Both the position numbers and the translations under genes were made by a program. Below, piece by piece: positions 37,259 through 47,760 of a DNA stretch of 64,000 nucleotides. Origin of the DNA: an uncultured Candidatus Rokubacteria bacterium (GTDB lineage Bacteria > Methylomirabilota > Methylomirabilia > Rokubacteriales > DASRDR01); contig CAWGVS010000005.1 of NCBI GenBank assembly GCA_963826115.1, positions 1,696,001 to 1,760,000 of the forward strand, given 5' to 3'. Within the stretch, counting starts at the first letter, position 1, and each line of letters opens with the position of its first letter. The notes under the pieces were generated by a model. The model saw nothing but the letters and a program-made list of their open reading frames with translations. It did no database searches and was not told the DNA's origin.

Positions 37259-38255
37259 GGAGGCTCTCGAGGTCGACCGGCTGACGGTCCGGTTCGCACG
37301 GGACGGCCGGTCCGTCGTGCGGAACGTGTCGTTCACGATCGACCCCGGGGAGGCGTTCGGTCTCGTCGGCGAGAGCGGCTCCGGCAAGAGCCTCACCTGC
37401 CGCGCCATCCTGCGGCTCATGCCGCGGGGCGCGTCCATCGGCGGCCGGATCACCTATGGGTCTCGGGATCTCCTCACGCTCGGCGACAGCGAGATGCAGT
37501 CGCTGCGCGGATCGAGCATCGCCATGGTCTTCCAGGACCCGCTGACCGCGCTCAACCCCGTCCTGCGTGTCGGCGACGCGATCGCCCAGGTCGTCCAGGC
37601 GCACGCGAGGCTCGGACTGCGGGCCGCGCGAACCCGTGCGATCGAAATGATGGAGCGCGTGGGGATCCGCGACGCCGCCCGGCGCGCGGCGGCCTACCCG
37701 CACGAGTTCAGCGGAGGGATGCGACAGCGCATCCACATCGCCATGGCGCTCGCCGCGCGGCCGACCCTGCTCCTGGCCGACGAGCCCACGACGGCGCTCG
37801 ACGTCATCGTGCAGGCCGAGATCCTCCGGCTGCTGGACACGCTCCGGCGCGAGGAGGGCATGAGCCTGCTCCTCGTCTCCCACGACTTCCGGGTCGTGGC
37901 TGGCCTCTGCGATCGCGTGGGGGTCATGTACGCCGGAGAGCTGGTCGAGGTCGGCCAGACGCGCACCGTTCTGCGGCGCCCTGAGCACCCCTACACCATC
38001 GGGCTCATGAACAGCCTCCCCGAGGCGGTGGTCGGCGAGCGGCTCCACGCCATACCCGGGACGCCACCCGACCCGGCTTACCTCCCCCCGGGCTGCGCGT
38101 TCGCTCCCCGCTGCGAGCTCGCCCGCGATGTCTGCACCGCCGGGCCTATCCCGATGGAGGAAGCCGCGCCCGGGCACTGGGCGCGCTGCATCCGGCGGGA
38201 CCAGCTCGACGCGATGCGCCGCGGTCTCGTATCGACGGGCGCGACGGGAGGCTAG
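37248..38255 (+). CDS. ABC ATPase, DppD-type
   Basis: GESGSGKS, FSGGMRQR, LLADEPTT, HPYT and Cys tail. Confidence 0.93.
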   Translation: MARKEALEVDRLTVRFARDGRSVVRNVSFTIDPGEAFGLVGESGSGKSLTCRAILRLMPRGASIGGRITYGSRDLLTLGDSEMQSLRGSSIAMVFQDPLTALNPVLRVGDAIAQVVQAHARLGLRAARTRAIEMMERVGIRDAARRAAAYPHEFSGGMRQRIHIAMALAARPTLLLADEPTTALDVIVQAEILRLLDTLRREEGMSLLLVSHDFRVVAGLCDRVGVMYAGELVEVGQTRTVLRRPEHPYTIGLMNSLPEAVVGERLHAIPGTPPDPAYLPPGCAFAPRCELARDVCTAGPIPMEEAAPGHWARCIRRDQLDAMRRGLVSTGATGG

Positions 38256-39221
38256 GTGCTGCTGGCGGCCGAGCACCTGACCAAGACGTTCGTCCAGCGT
38301 CGGGGGTGGTTCGGGCGGACCACCGGGACAGGCGCAGCGCGGCCGGCGCTGGTCGACGCGTCGCTCTCGGTCGAGCGCGGCGAGTCGGTGGGCATCGTCG
38401 GCGAGAGCGGCTCGGGCAAGTCGACGCTCGCGCGCTGTCTCGCGTTCCTCGAGCGGCCCGACGCGGGACGGGTGCTCTTTGACGGGGTAGACCTTACGCG
38501 GCTCCGCCGGCGGGAGCTCCGCCTCTCACGGCGCCGCATCCAGGTCGTGTTCCAGGATCCGTACTCGTCGCTGAATCCGCGGCTGACGGTCGGGTCGGCG
38601 CTGCGCGAGGTGCTGCGCGTGCACGACCTGGTGCCCCGCGACCAGATCGCGCGGCGAGTGGAGATCCTCCTCGACCAGGTGGGGCTCCCCGCGCACGCGG
38701 TCGACCGCTATCCATCTGACTTCTCCGGCGGCCAGCGCCAGCGGATCTGCATCGCGCGCGCCCTCGCGGCAGACCCCGACATCCTGATCGCCGACGAGCC
38801 GGTCAGCGCGCTCGACGTCTCGATCCAGGCGCAGATCCTCAATCTGCTGGCGGAGCTGCGCAGCCGGCTCCATCTCAGCATGGTCTTCATCAGCCATGAC
38901 CTCCACGTCGTCCGGTACATCGCGCCAAGGATCGCCGTCATGTTCGGCGGCCGCATCGTGGAGGTGCTGCCGCCGGGGACGCCGCTCGAGGGCGCCCGTC
39001 ATCCGTACACGCAGGCGCTGCTCGCGGCGCGGTCCCGGCTCGAGCCGGGATGGCTGGCAGGCCGCGAGACGGTCGACGCCGAGCTCGCCGCCGCCCTGCC
39101 GGCGGTGGGATGCCCGTTCCGCGCCCGGTGCCCGCTCGCGTCCGGGATCTGCGAAACGGTCGATCCCCCGCTGCGCGACCTGGGCGCCGGCCACCCCGTG
39201 GCCTGCCATCACGCGGGCTGA
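38256..39221 (+). CDS. ABC ATPase, DppF-type
   Basis: GESGSGKST, FSGGQRQR, ADEPVSALD, HPYTQ. Confidence 0.92.
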   Translation: MLLAAEHLTKTFVQRRGWFGRTTGTGAARPALVDASLSVERGESVGIVGESGSGKSTLARCLAFLERPDAGRVLFDGVDLTRLRRRELRLSRRRIQVVFQDPYSSLNPRLTVGSALREVLRVHDLVPRDQIARRVEILLDQVGLPAHAVDRYPSDFSGGQRQRICIARALAADPDILIADEPVSALDVSIQAQILNLLAELRSRLHLSMVFISHDLHVVRYIAPRIAVMFGGRIVEVLPPGTPLEGARHPYTQALLAARSRLEPGWLAGRETVDAELAAALPAVGCPFRARCPLASGICETVDPPLRDLGAGHPVACHHAG

Positions 39222-39243
39222 GCGCGCCGACGCGAGGAGACGC

Positions 39244-39921
39244 ATGGCGAAGACACGCGGGACCGGGCTCCTGATGCTGTGGACGGACGTCGACCCCGAG
39301 CACGAGGCGGCGTTCAACCGGTGGTACGACGAGGAGCACCTCGACCGCCTCCTCGCGGTCCCGGGCTTCCTGTCGGCGGCGCGCTACGTGGCCCTCCGCG
39401 GCGGCCCGCGCTACCTCGCGATGTACGAGCTGGAGGACGTCTCGGTGCTGCGGACCGCGGCGTTCCTGGACGAGGTGCGCTTCCGGCCGTCGCCGGAGCG
39501 CCAGCGCGCGTCGGGCGGGCACATCGGGCGGAACTACCTCCTGAACGGATACCGCCAGATCTTCCCGGCCCGCACCGACCCCATCGAGCTCACCATGGGG
39601 CCCTCACCCTACCTCCAGATGGGCCGCATCGACGTGCCGGCGGCCATCGAGGAGGAGTTCAACGACTGGTACAACTGGGTCTACATCCCGACCTATCTGA
39701 CGGTCCCCGGCGTCATCCGCGCGCGACGCTACCTCGCCGTCGACGGGCAGCCGAAGTACCTCACGGTGTACGAGTTCGAGCGGCCCGACGTCCCGGACGG
39801 TGAGGCCTGGCACCGAGCCCGGGAGTCGAGTCCCTGGACCCGGCGGATCCGCCCCCAGATGCGCCTCGACCCCGGCTCGCCGGCGGTGTACCGGCGCCTC
39901 CGGCCCGACCCGGCGCCCTGA
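39244..39921 (+). CDS. Duplicated dimeric alpha/beta-barrel protein (EthD/DUF4286-like)
   Basis: SD GAGGAG. Two repeats: FNRWYDEEH..VPGFLSAARY..YLAMYE and FNDWYNWVY..VPGVIRARRY..YLTVYE. Confidence 0.8.
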   Translation: MAKTRGTGLLMLWTDVDPEHEAAFNRWYDEEHLDRLLAVPGFLSAARYVALRGGPRYLAMYELEDVSVLRTAAFLDEVRFRPSPERQRASGGHIGRNYLLNGYRQIFPARTDPIELTMGPSPYLQMGRIDVPAAIEEEFNDWYNWVYIPTYLTVPGVIRARRYLAVDGQPKYLTVYEFERPDVPDGEAWHRARESSPWTRRIRPQMRLDPGSPAVYRRLRPDPAP

Positions 39922-40021
39922 CCAGGCGACGGCCCGCCCCTGGCTGATCTCGGAGCTCCCAGCCGGTAGGATCTCGCCCGCCCGACGCCCCCGTTCGGGT
40001 CACTAGCCCGCTGTCGGGAAG

Positions 40022-40030
40022 TGCTAGAAT
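40022..40030 (+). promoter_or_regulatory. Extended -10 promoter of the multi-GAF kinase operon
   Basis: TGcTAGAAT, 33 nt upstream of the ATG, with SD GGAGG in between. Confidence 0.5.
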
Positions 40031-40063
40031 CCCCGCACCAGTCGGCTGCCGGAGGGGTCGCGC

Positions 40064-43000
40064 ATGGCGTCTCGCCGGAAAGCACCATCTCGTCTGGGCC
40101 GCAAGGCTCGAGACCCAAAACCTCCGGGCCCTGCTGGAGTCCGCGAGCAGCTTGCCTCCACCGTGCGGGTCCTGCGCGCGCTCGCGCGCGCTCCCGGAAA
40201 CGTCCAGCCCGTGCTCGACGCGGTCGCCGAGGAGGCAGCGCGGGTCTGCGGCGCCACCGACAGCCTGATCCACCGAATCGACGACGACCGTCTTCGCCTC
40301 GTGGCCCATCATGGCGCGATCGGCCTCCAGATGAAGCCCGGCGACACCATGCCGCTCACCCGCGACTCCACCGCCGGGCGCGCCGTGCTGGAGCGGCGCA
40401 CGGTCCACCTCCCTGACGTCGAGGCGGCAGCGGCCGAGTTCCCGGTAACCTTCCGGCTGAGCCGCCGGAGCCGGACACTGCTCTCCGTGCCCCTCGTGAG
40501 CGAGGAGCGCGTCCTCGGCGTCATCGTCATCCGCCGCTCGGAGGCGCGCCCGTTCTCGGCGGGACAGATCGCCGCCCTCGAGAGCTTCGCCGACCAGGCG
40601 GCCATCGCCATCAGCCACGCGCGACTCTTCCAGGAAGTCACCGAAGCGCTGGAGCGGGAGCGGGCGACGGGCGCCATCCTCCGGGTGATTGCCGGCTCGC
40701 CGACCGACCTCCAGCCCGTCATGGACGCCGTCGCCGAGAACGCCGCTCGCGTCTGTGGTGCGAACGAAGCCCAGGTGTTCCGAATCGACGCCGACACGCT
40801 GCGACGGGTGGCAGGCCACGGACAGCATCCGGACGGCTCGTTCAGCCAGGGGGAGCGGATCCCCATCACTCGTGGGCTCGTCATCGGCCGAGCGGTGATC
40901 CAACGCCAGACCATCCATATCCCCGACATGACCCTGGAGTCGGAGGCAGAGTATCCCGTCAGCCTGGCCCGGCAGAAGATCAGTGGCTTTCGCACCGTCC
41001 TGGTCACTCCCCTCCTGCGTGAGGGTGCGCCGATCGGGGTCATCTCCATTCGTCGCATGGAGGTTCGACCGTTCTCCGACAAGCAGATCGAGCTCCTGGA
41101 GACCTTCGCCAACCAGGCCGTCATCGCGATCGAGAATGTGCGGCTCTTCCAGGAGCTCGAGGCCCGGAACCGCGAGCTGACCCAGGCCCTCGAACAGCAG
41201 ACGGCCACGAGCGAAGTCCTGAGAGTGATCAGCCAGTCGACGCTCGACCTCCAGCCAGTGCTGGACACACTCATCGAGAACGCTACGCGGCTGTGCGGCG
41301 CCCGGCGCGGAGTCATCATGCAGCGCGATGGAGACTCCTATCGTGGGGTCGCCTTCCACAACGTGGGGCCAGACCTCATCGACTTCCTCCAGACTCACCC
41401 GGTCACGCCGGGGCGACAGACCGTCACAGCCCGAGCGGCGCTCGAGCGACGGACGATTCATGTCGCCGACCTGCAAGCCGATCCCGAGTACCAGTACGCG
41501 CTGAACGATGTCGATCCGATCAGAACGGCGCTTGGAGTGCCGATGCTCCGAGGTGACGACACGCTCGGTATCATCATCCTCTACAAGATCGAGGTCCAGC
41601 CGTTCACCGATAAGCAGATCGAACTGATCAAGACCTTCGCGGACCAGGCCGTCATCGCGATCGAGAACGTCCGGCTGTTCCGGGAGCTCGAGACGCGGAA
41701 CCGCGACCTGACCGAGGCCCTCGAGCAGCAGACGGCCACCGCCGAGATCCTGCGGGTGATCTCCAGCTCGCCGACCAACCTTCAGCCGGTCATGGACACG
41801 GTGTCCGCGAACGCTGCCCGGGTCTGCGGCGCCACCGATTCCCACATCTGCCTCCTCGAGGGCGAGGGTCTTCGCATCGTGGCCCTCCACGGCGAACATC
41901 GGGGGCGAGGGGTGGCGGTTGGCACCACAATCTCTGCCACACCCGCGAGCGTGGCTGGCCGGGCCGTGTGCGAGCGACGCACGATTCACATCGACGACCT
42001 CGACGCGCTGCCCGAGACCGAGTACCCAGAGACGCGGGCGCGCGTCCGCCGTGATCAGTGGCCCAGCGCCACGATCCTCGTGGTGCCGCTCCTTCGTGAG
42101 GCAGCGCCGCTCGGAGCCATCGTGATCCGCCGAGAGGTCGTGGAGCCCTTCTCGGCCAGGCAGATCGCGCTCCTCGAGACCTTCGCCAATCAAGCGGTCA
42201 TCGCCATCGAGAACGTCCGGCTATTCACGGAGCTCGAGGCCCGGAACCGAGAGCTCACCGAGGCCCTCGAACAGCAGACCGCCACCGCCGAGATCCTGCG
42301 GGTGATCTCCAGCTCACCAACCGATCTCCAGCCGGTCTTCGACGCGATCGCCGAGAGCGCCGCTCGCGTCCGCGGCGCTATCGATTCGCTTATCTTCCGC
42401 CTCGATGGGGACGTCTTGCGATTGGTGGCCCGGCAAGGGCCGCTGCCCGGTTTTCTAGACATCGGGGATACCATCCCTGTCACGCGCGACTCGGTGACGG
42501 GTCGGGCGATCGTGGACCGACGGACGATCCACGTCGAAGATTTTTGGACGCTGCCGGAGACGGAGTTCCCCGAATCGCGCAGACGCGTCACCGGACGCAG
42601 GACATTCCTGGCCACGCCCCTCCTGCGCGAGGGGGTGCCGGTGGGCGCCATCCTGATCCGCCGAGGAGAGGTCCAGCCCTTCTCACCGAAGCAGATCGCG
42701 CTCCTCGAGACGTTCGCTAACCAGGCGGTCATCGCCATCGAGAATGTTCGCCTATTCAAAGAGCTAGAAGCCCGTAATCGCGACCTCACCGAGGCCCTCG
42801 AGCAGCAGACCGCCACCGCCGAGATCCTGCGCGTCATCTCCAGCTCGCCGACCGACCTACAGCCCGTCATGGACGTCGTGGCCGAGAGCGCCGCGCGATT
42901 CTGCGGCGCGACCGATGCCACGATCTGGCGCCTGGAGGGGGAGTCTCTCCGGCTCGTCGCGGTGCATGGGACGCAGCCGACGACCACCCCGATCGGCGGC

Positions 43001-46000
43001 ACGATCGCAGTTACCCCTCGATCCGTGACCGGGCGCGTGGTCCTTGATCGCCAGATGATCCACGTCGAGGACATTCAGGCGTCTGACCCGGAATTCCCCG
43101 AGACGCTGGAACGCGTGCGGCTCGCTCACGTCCCGACTCGTACGCTGCTTGCCACGCCACTGCTACGCGAAGACGTGCCCATCGGGGTCATTACCTTGCG
43201 GAAGAGAGAAGTCCAGCTCTTCACGGCCAAGCAGATCGAGCTGGCCGAGACCTTCGCCGCTCAGGCGGTCATCGCCATCGAGAACGTCCGGCTGTTCACG
43301 GAGCTGGAAGGGAAGAACCTGGCCCTCACGAAGGCCCATGCCCAGGTCACGGAGGCGCTCGATCAGCAGACCGCCACGAGCGAGATCCTGCGGGTCATCT
43401 CGAGCTCGCCGACCGACGTCCAACCGGTGTTCGACGCCATCGTCGGGAGTGCGGTGCGGCTGTGCGAGGCGCAGTACGGCGCCGTGTTCAGCTTCGACGG
43501 CCAGCTCGTCCATCTTGTCGCGCATCACAACTTCTCCGACGAATGGCTGGAGAGTGTTCGCGAGGAGTATCCGATGCATCCGACCCCGACTCGCATCTCA
43601 GGCCGGGCGATCTTGAGCGGCTCGGTAGTCCAGATTCCCGACCACACTCTGGATCCAGACTACGCGAACCCTCATACGGGGCACCGTGGCTTCCGAAGTC
43701 TGCTGGGTGTGCCGATTCTCCGGAGCGGCGCGCCCATCGGATCCATCGTCATTTACCGGCCGGAGGCTGGCCCGTTTCCCGAAAAGCAGATCGAGCTGCT
43801 GAAGACCTTTGCTGACCAGGCGGTGATCGCGATCGAGAACGTGCGGCTGTTCACGGAGCTCGAGGCCCGCAACCGCGAGCTGACCGAGTCACTGGAGCAG
43901 CAGACCGCCACCGCGGAGATCCTGCGGGTCATCTCCAGCTCCCCGACCAACCTCCAGCCGGTGATGGACGTCGTGGCTCAGAGTGCCGCGCGATTCTGCG
44001 GTGCCCGTGATGTCGACCTCTTTCGCTTGGAAGGAGATTCTCTTCGGCTTTTCGCGAGACATGGGCTCATGCCTGGGTCAACGCCGATCGGCGGCACTAT
44101 CCCCTTGAGTCGTCAGGCCGTGGGCGGACGAGCGGTGCTTGATCGTCAAACGATTCACATCGAGGACTTGCTGGCGCTACCCGAGACGGAATTCCCTGAG
44201 ACGCTAGCCCGCATGCGGCGTTCGGGCTTCCCCTTTCGGACGAATCTGGCCACCCCACTCGTGCGCGAAGGCGTCCCTATCGGAGTCATTTTAATGCGAC
44301 GGGCAGAGGTGCAGCCCTTCACCGACAAGCAGATCGAGCTGGCCGAGACCTTCGCCGCTCAGGCGGTCATCGCCATCGAGAACGTCCGGCTGTTCACGGA
44401 GCTCGAGCGGCGAAATCGCGAGCTGACGGAGGCCCTGGAGCAGCAGACGGCGACGGCGGAGATCCTGCGGGTCATCTCCAGGTCGCCGACCGACGCCCAG
44501 CCGGTCTTCGACGCGATCGTCCATAGTGCGGTGCCGTTATGCGACGCCGACATGGGTTCGGTCTTTCGGTTCGATGGGAACCTGATCCACTGGGTTGCCC
44601 AGCACGGCATGACGCCGAAGAGACTTGAGGCGATGCACCGGGAGTTCCCGCGCCCGCCGGACGTCGGCAGCACCACAGGCCGCGCAATCCTCACGCGCGG
44701 CGTGGTCCACATCGACATCGCCGAGGACCCGGAGTACGCCGCCGAGGCCCTCGTGCAGGCAGGCTTCCGCATTGCCCTGACCGTGCCCATGCTGCGAGAC
44801 GGTAGCCCGATCGGCGCGATCAGTGTCGCGCGCGAGGCCGGCCGGCCCTTCAGCGACACGCAGATCGCGCTCCTCCAGACCTTCGCCGATCAGGCCGTGA
44901 TCGCGATCGAGAACGTCCGGCTCTTCCAGGAGCTTCAGGCCCGGACGGCCCAGCTCACCCGATCGGTCTCGGAGCTGCAAGGGGCTCGGCGAGGTCAGCC
45001 AGTCAGTCACGGCCACCCTCGATCTCGAGACGGTATTGAACACGATCGTGTCCCGAGCTGCCCAGCTGGCGGGCGCGGATGGCGCCTCCGTCCACGAGTA
45101 TGACGAGACCACCCGTGAGTTCCAGCTCCGGGCGGCTCACAACTACGAACCGGAGCTCATCGAGTTTCTCCGAGCCATGCCGGTCCGGATGGGCGAGGGT
45201 TTGACAGGGCGTGCCGTCGAACGGCGGGAGCCGGTGCAAGTGGCCGACATCCTCCCGGAGGGGGCCTACCAGAGCCACGTGCGAGACATCATGCTTCGGA
45301 CGGGTTACCGGGCGCTGCTGACAGTCCCGCTACTGCGCGAGGACCAGGTGATCGGCGTGCTCGCGGTGAACCGGCGAATGCCGGGAGAGTTCGCGCCCGA
45401 GGTCGTGGAGCTCCTGAAGACGTTCGCCACTCAGTCGGCGCTGGCCATCCAGAACGCGCGGCTCTTCCGCGAGGTCGAGGAGAAGGGCCGCGAGCTCGCG
45501 GTCGCCAGCCAGCACAAGTCCCAGTTCCTGGCCAACATGAGCCACGAGCTCCGGACACCCCTGAACGCCGTCCTCGGCTACACGGAGCTGATCCTCGACG
45601 AGACCTTCGGCGAGGTGCCCGAGCCGATCCGGGACAGCCTGGAGCGCGCCAGGAACAGCGGCCAGCACCTGCTCGGCCTGATCAACGACGTCCTCGATCT
45701 CTCCAAGATCGAGGCCGGTCAGCTCACCCTGTCCCTGACCGACTACGCCATGGAAGAGGTCACGCACGCCGTCGCGACGAACGTGGAGTCCCTCGCGGCC
45801 GAGAAGAAGCTCGCGCTGCGCGTCAGCGTGCCGCCCGACCTGCCGCCCGGCAAGGGCGACTCGAGCGCCGGATCGCCCAGGTGCTGCTGAACCTGGTGGG
45901 CAACGCCATCAAGTTCACCGAGGTGGGCGAGGTCCGGATGGAGGTGACCGTCTCGGATGGCACGTTCGTGGTTTCGGTGGTCGACACGGGCCCCGGGATC

Positions 46001-46217
46001 TCGGCGGCCGATCAGGCGAGGATCTTCGAGGAATTTCAGCAGGCCGACAGCTCCAGCACTCGGAACAAGGGCGGGACCGGCCTCGGTCTGGCCATCGCCA
46101 AGCGCATCGTCGAGATGCACGGCGGCCGGATCTGGGTGGAGTCCACCGTCGGCGCAGGGCTCGACCTTCCGGTTCACGCTGCCGGTGCGCGTCGAGCGGC
46201 AAGTGGCGGCCCCGTGA
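40064..46217 (+). CDS. Giant cytoplasmic histidine kinase with 10 tandem GAF domains + HisKA + HATPase (three apparent frameshifts)
   Basis: Ten F(A)xQAxxAIxxxRLF GAF ends, H-box [13 protein letters not shown] box [13 protein letters not shown]1 DTGPGI, G2 GGTGLGL. Insertions of +1 (~44980), +2 (~45861) and +1 (~46155); removing these 4 nt gives a 2049-aa ORF. Confidence 0.88.
43228..44403. repeat. 78-bp perfect direct repeat (43228-43305 and 44326-44403) within the ~540-bp GAF repeat array
   Basis: CAAGCAGATCGAGCTGGCCGAGACCTTCGCCGCTCAGGCGGTCATCGCCATCGAGAACGTCCGGCTGTTCACGGAGCT occurs twice. Confidence 0.85.
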
Positions 46218-46579
46218 GCAAGCGAATCCTGGTGGTCGAGGATCACGAGGAGAACCGGCGGATCCTGCGCCTCCTCCTGACCAAGGCGGGCTTCGAGCTG
46301 ATCGAGGCGGAGACGGGGGAGGACGGCGTGCGACTGGCGGAGACGGAGCGCCCCGATCTCATCCTCATGGACATCCAGCTTCCCGGCCTCGACGGCTACG
46401 AGGCGACCCGCCGGATCAAGGCGAACCCGGAGCTTCGCGCCGTCCCGCTCATCGTGGTGACGTCGTACGCGCTGAGCGGCGACGACGTGAAGGCCTTCGA
46501 GGCCGGCTGCGACGCCTACGTGACCAAGCCCTTCGTCCCCCGGCAGCTCCTGGCCAAGATCCGCGAGTACCTCGGATAG
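46214..46579 (+). CDS. Single-domain response regulator (DivK-like)
   Basis: GTGA overlap with the kinase stop. Motifs ILVVED, LILMDIQLPGLDG, VTSYAL, YVTKP. Confidence 0.9.
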   Translation: MSKRILVVEDHEENRRILRLLLTKAGFELIEAETGEDGVRLAETERPDLILMDIQLPGLDGYEATRRIKANPELRAVPLIVVTSYALSGDDVKAFEAGCDAYVTKPFVPRQLLAKIREYLG

Positions 46580-46599
46580 AGATCGAGGAGCCGCCCCTC

Positions 46600-47754
46600 G
46601 TGCGAACGCCGCCGCGCATCCTCGTCGTGGACGACATGGCGGCGAACCTCCACATCCTGCAGCTCCGGCTCTCGGCCCAGGGCTACGAGGTGCTCACCGC
46701 CACCGACGGCGAGGCAGCGTTGACGGCGGCCCGGGAATCGCAGCCCGACCTGATCCTCCTGGACGTCATGATGCCCAAGGTGGACGGGCTCGAGGTCTGC
46801 CGCCGGCTCCGCGGGGACCCCTCCTTCCCGTTCACGCCGATCATCATGATCACCGCGAAGGCCGATCCGAAGGACGTCGTGGCAGGCCTCGAGGCGGGCG
46901 GCGACGAGTACCTGACCAAGCCCGTGGACCAGGTCGCCCTGGTGGCCCGCGTCAAGTCGATGCTGCGCATCAAGCAGCTCCACGACTCGGTGGAGGCGAT
47001 GACCGTCAGGCTGTCCGAGTGGAACCGGACGCTCGAGCAGCGCGTCGACGCCCAGGTGGCCCAGCTCGAGCGGCTCTCGCGGCTCAAGCGCTTCTTCTCC
47101 CCCCAGCTCGCCGAGCTGATCGTGGAGGGAGGCGCCGGGGATCCCCTCCAGACGCACCGGCGGGAGGTCACCGTCGTCTTCCTGGACCTGCGGGGCTTCA
47201 CGGCCTTCGCGGAGACCGCGGAGCCGGAGGAGGTCATGGGGGTCCTCCGCGAATACCACGCGGCGATGGGCGGCCTGATCCTCGCCCACGAGGGTACCCT
47301 GGAGCGCTTCGCCGGGGACGGCATGATGGTCTTCTTCAACGATCCCGTGCCCGTCCCGGACGCCCCGGAGCGCGCGGTCCGGATGGCGCTCGCCATGCGG
47401 GATCGGGCCGGGGAGCTCGGCGCCCGGTGGCGCAAGCGCGGTCACGAGCTCGACATCGGGATCGGCATCGCGCAGGGATTCGCCACGATCGGCGCGATCG
47501 GCTTCGAGGGGCGCCTGGACTACGGCGCGATAGGGACCGTCACCAACCTGGCGGCGCGCCTGTGCGGGGCGGCGAAGCCCGGCCAGATCCTGGTCTCCCA
47601 GCGCCTCCTGGGAGTCGTCGAGGCGCTCGCGGAGGCAGAAGCGGTCGGGGAGCTCTCGTTCAAGGGGTTCTCGAGGCCCGTCCCGACGTTCAACGTCGTG
47701 CGGTTGAAGGCGCCGGGCCCGAGCGGCGCGCGCCCGGGAGTCTCTCCCGCCTGA
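46600..47754 (+). CDS. Response regulator-class III adenylate/guanylate cyclase
   Basis: REC domain (ILVVDD, LLDVMMP, YLTKP) plus cyclase motifs (VFLDLRGFT, FAGDG, DYGAIGTVTNLAARL). Confidence 0.92.
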   Translation: MRTPPRILVVDDMAANLHILQLRLSAQGYEVLTATDGEAALTAARESQPDLILLDVMMPKVDGLEVCRRLRGDPSFPFTPIIMITAKADPKDVVAGLEAGGDEYLTKPVDQVALVARVKSMLRIKQLHDSVEAMTVRLSEWNRTLEQRVDAQVAQLERLSRLKRFFSPQLAELIVEGGAGDPLQTHRREVTVVFLDLRGFTAFAETAEPEEVMGVLREYHAAMGGLILAHEGTLERFAGDGMMVFFNDPVPVPDAPERAVRMALAMRDRAGELGARWRKRGHELDIGIGIAQGFATIGAIGFEGRLDYGAIGTVTNLAARLCGAAKPGQILVSQRLLGVVEALAEAEAVGELSFKGFSRPVPTFNVVRLKAPGPSGARPGVSPA

Positions 47755-47760
47755 CGGCGG

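Noticed and set aside
40064-45480. CRISPR array or diversity-generating retroelement as the explanation for the repeats
   Set aside because: The repeats are in-frame coding units of ~540 bp. No cas gene or reverse transcriptase is present, and I saw no template/variable pair with adenine-specific differences.
45881-46579. Apparent HATPase-receiver fusion ORF
   Set aside because: Produced by the +1 insertion near 46155. The kinase end GSTFRFTLP is in another frame and stops at 46217, overlapping the receiver's own GTG.
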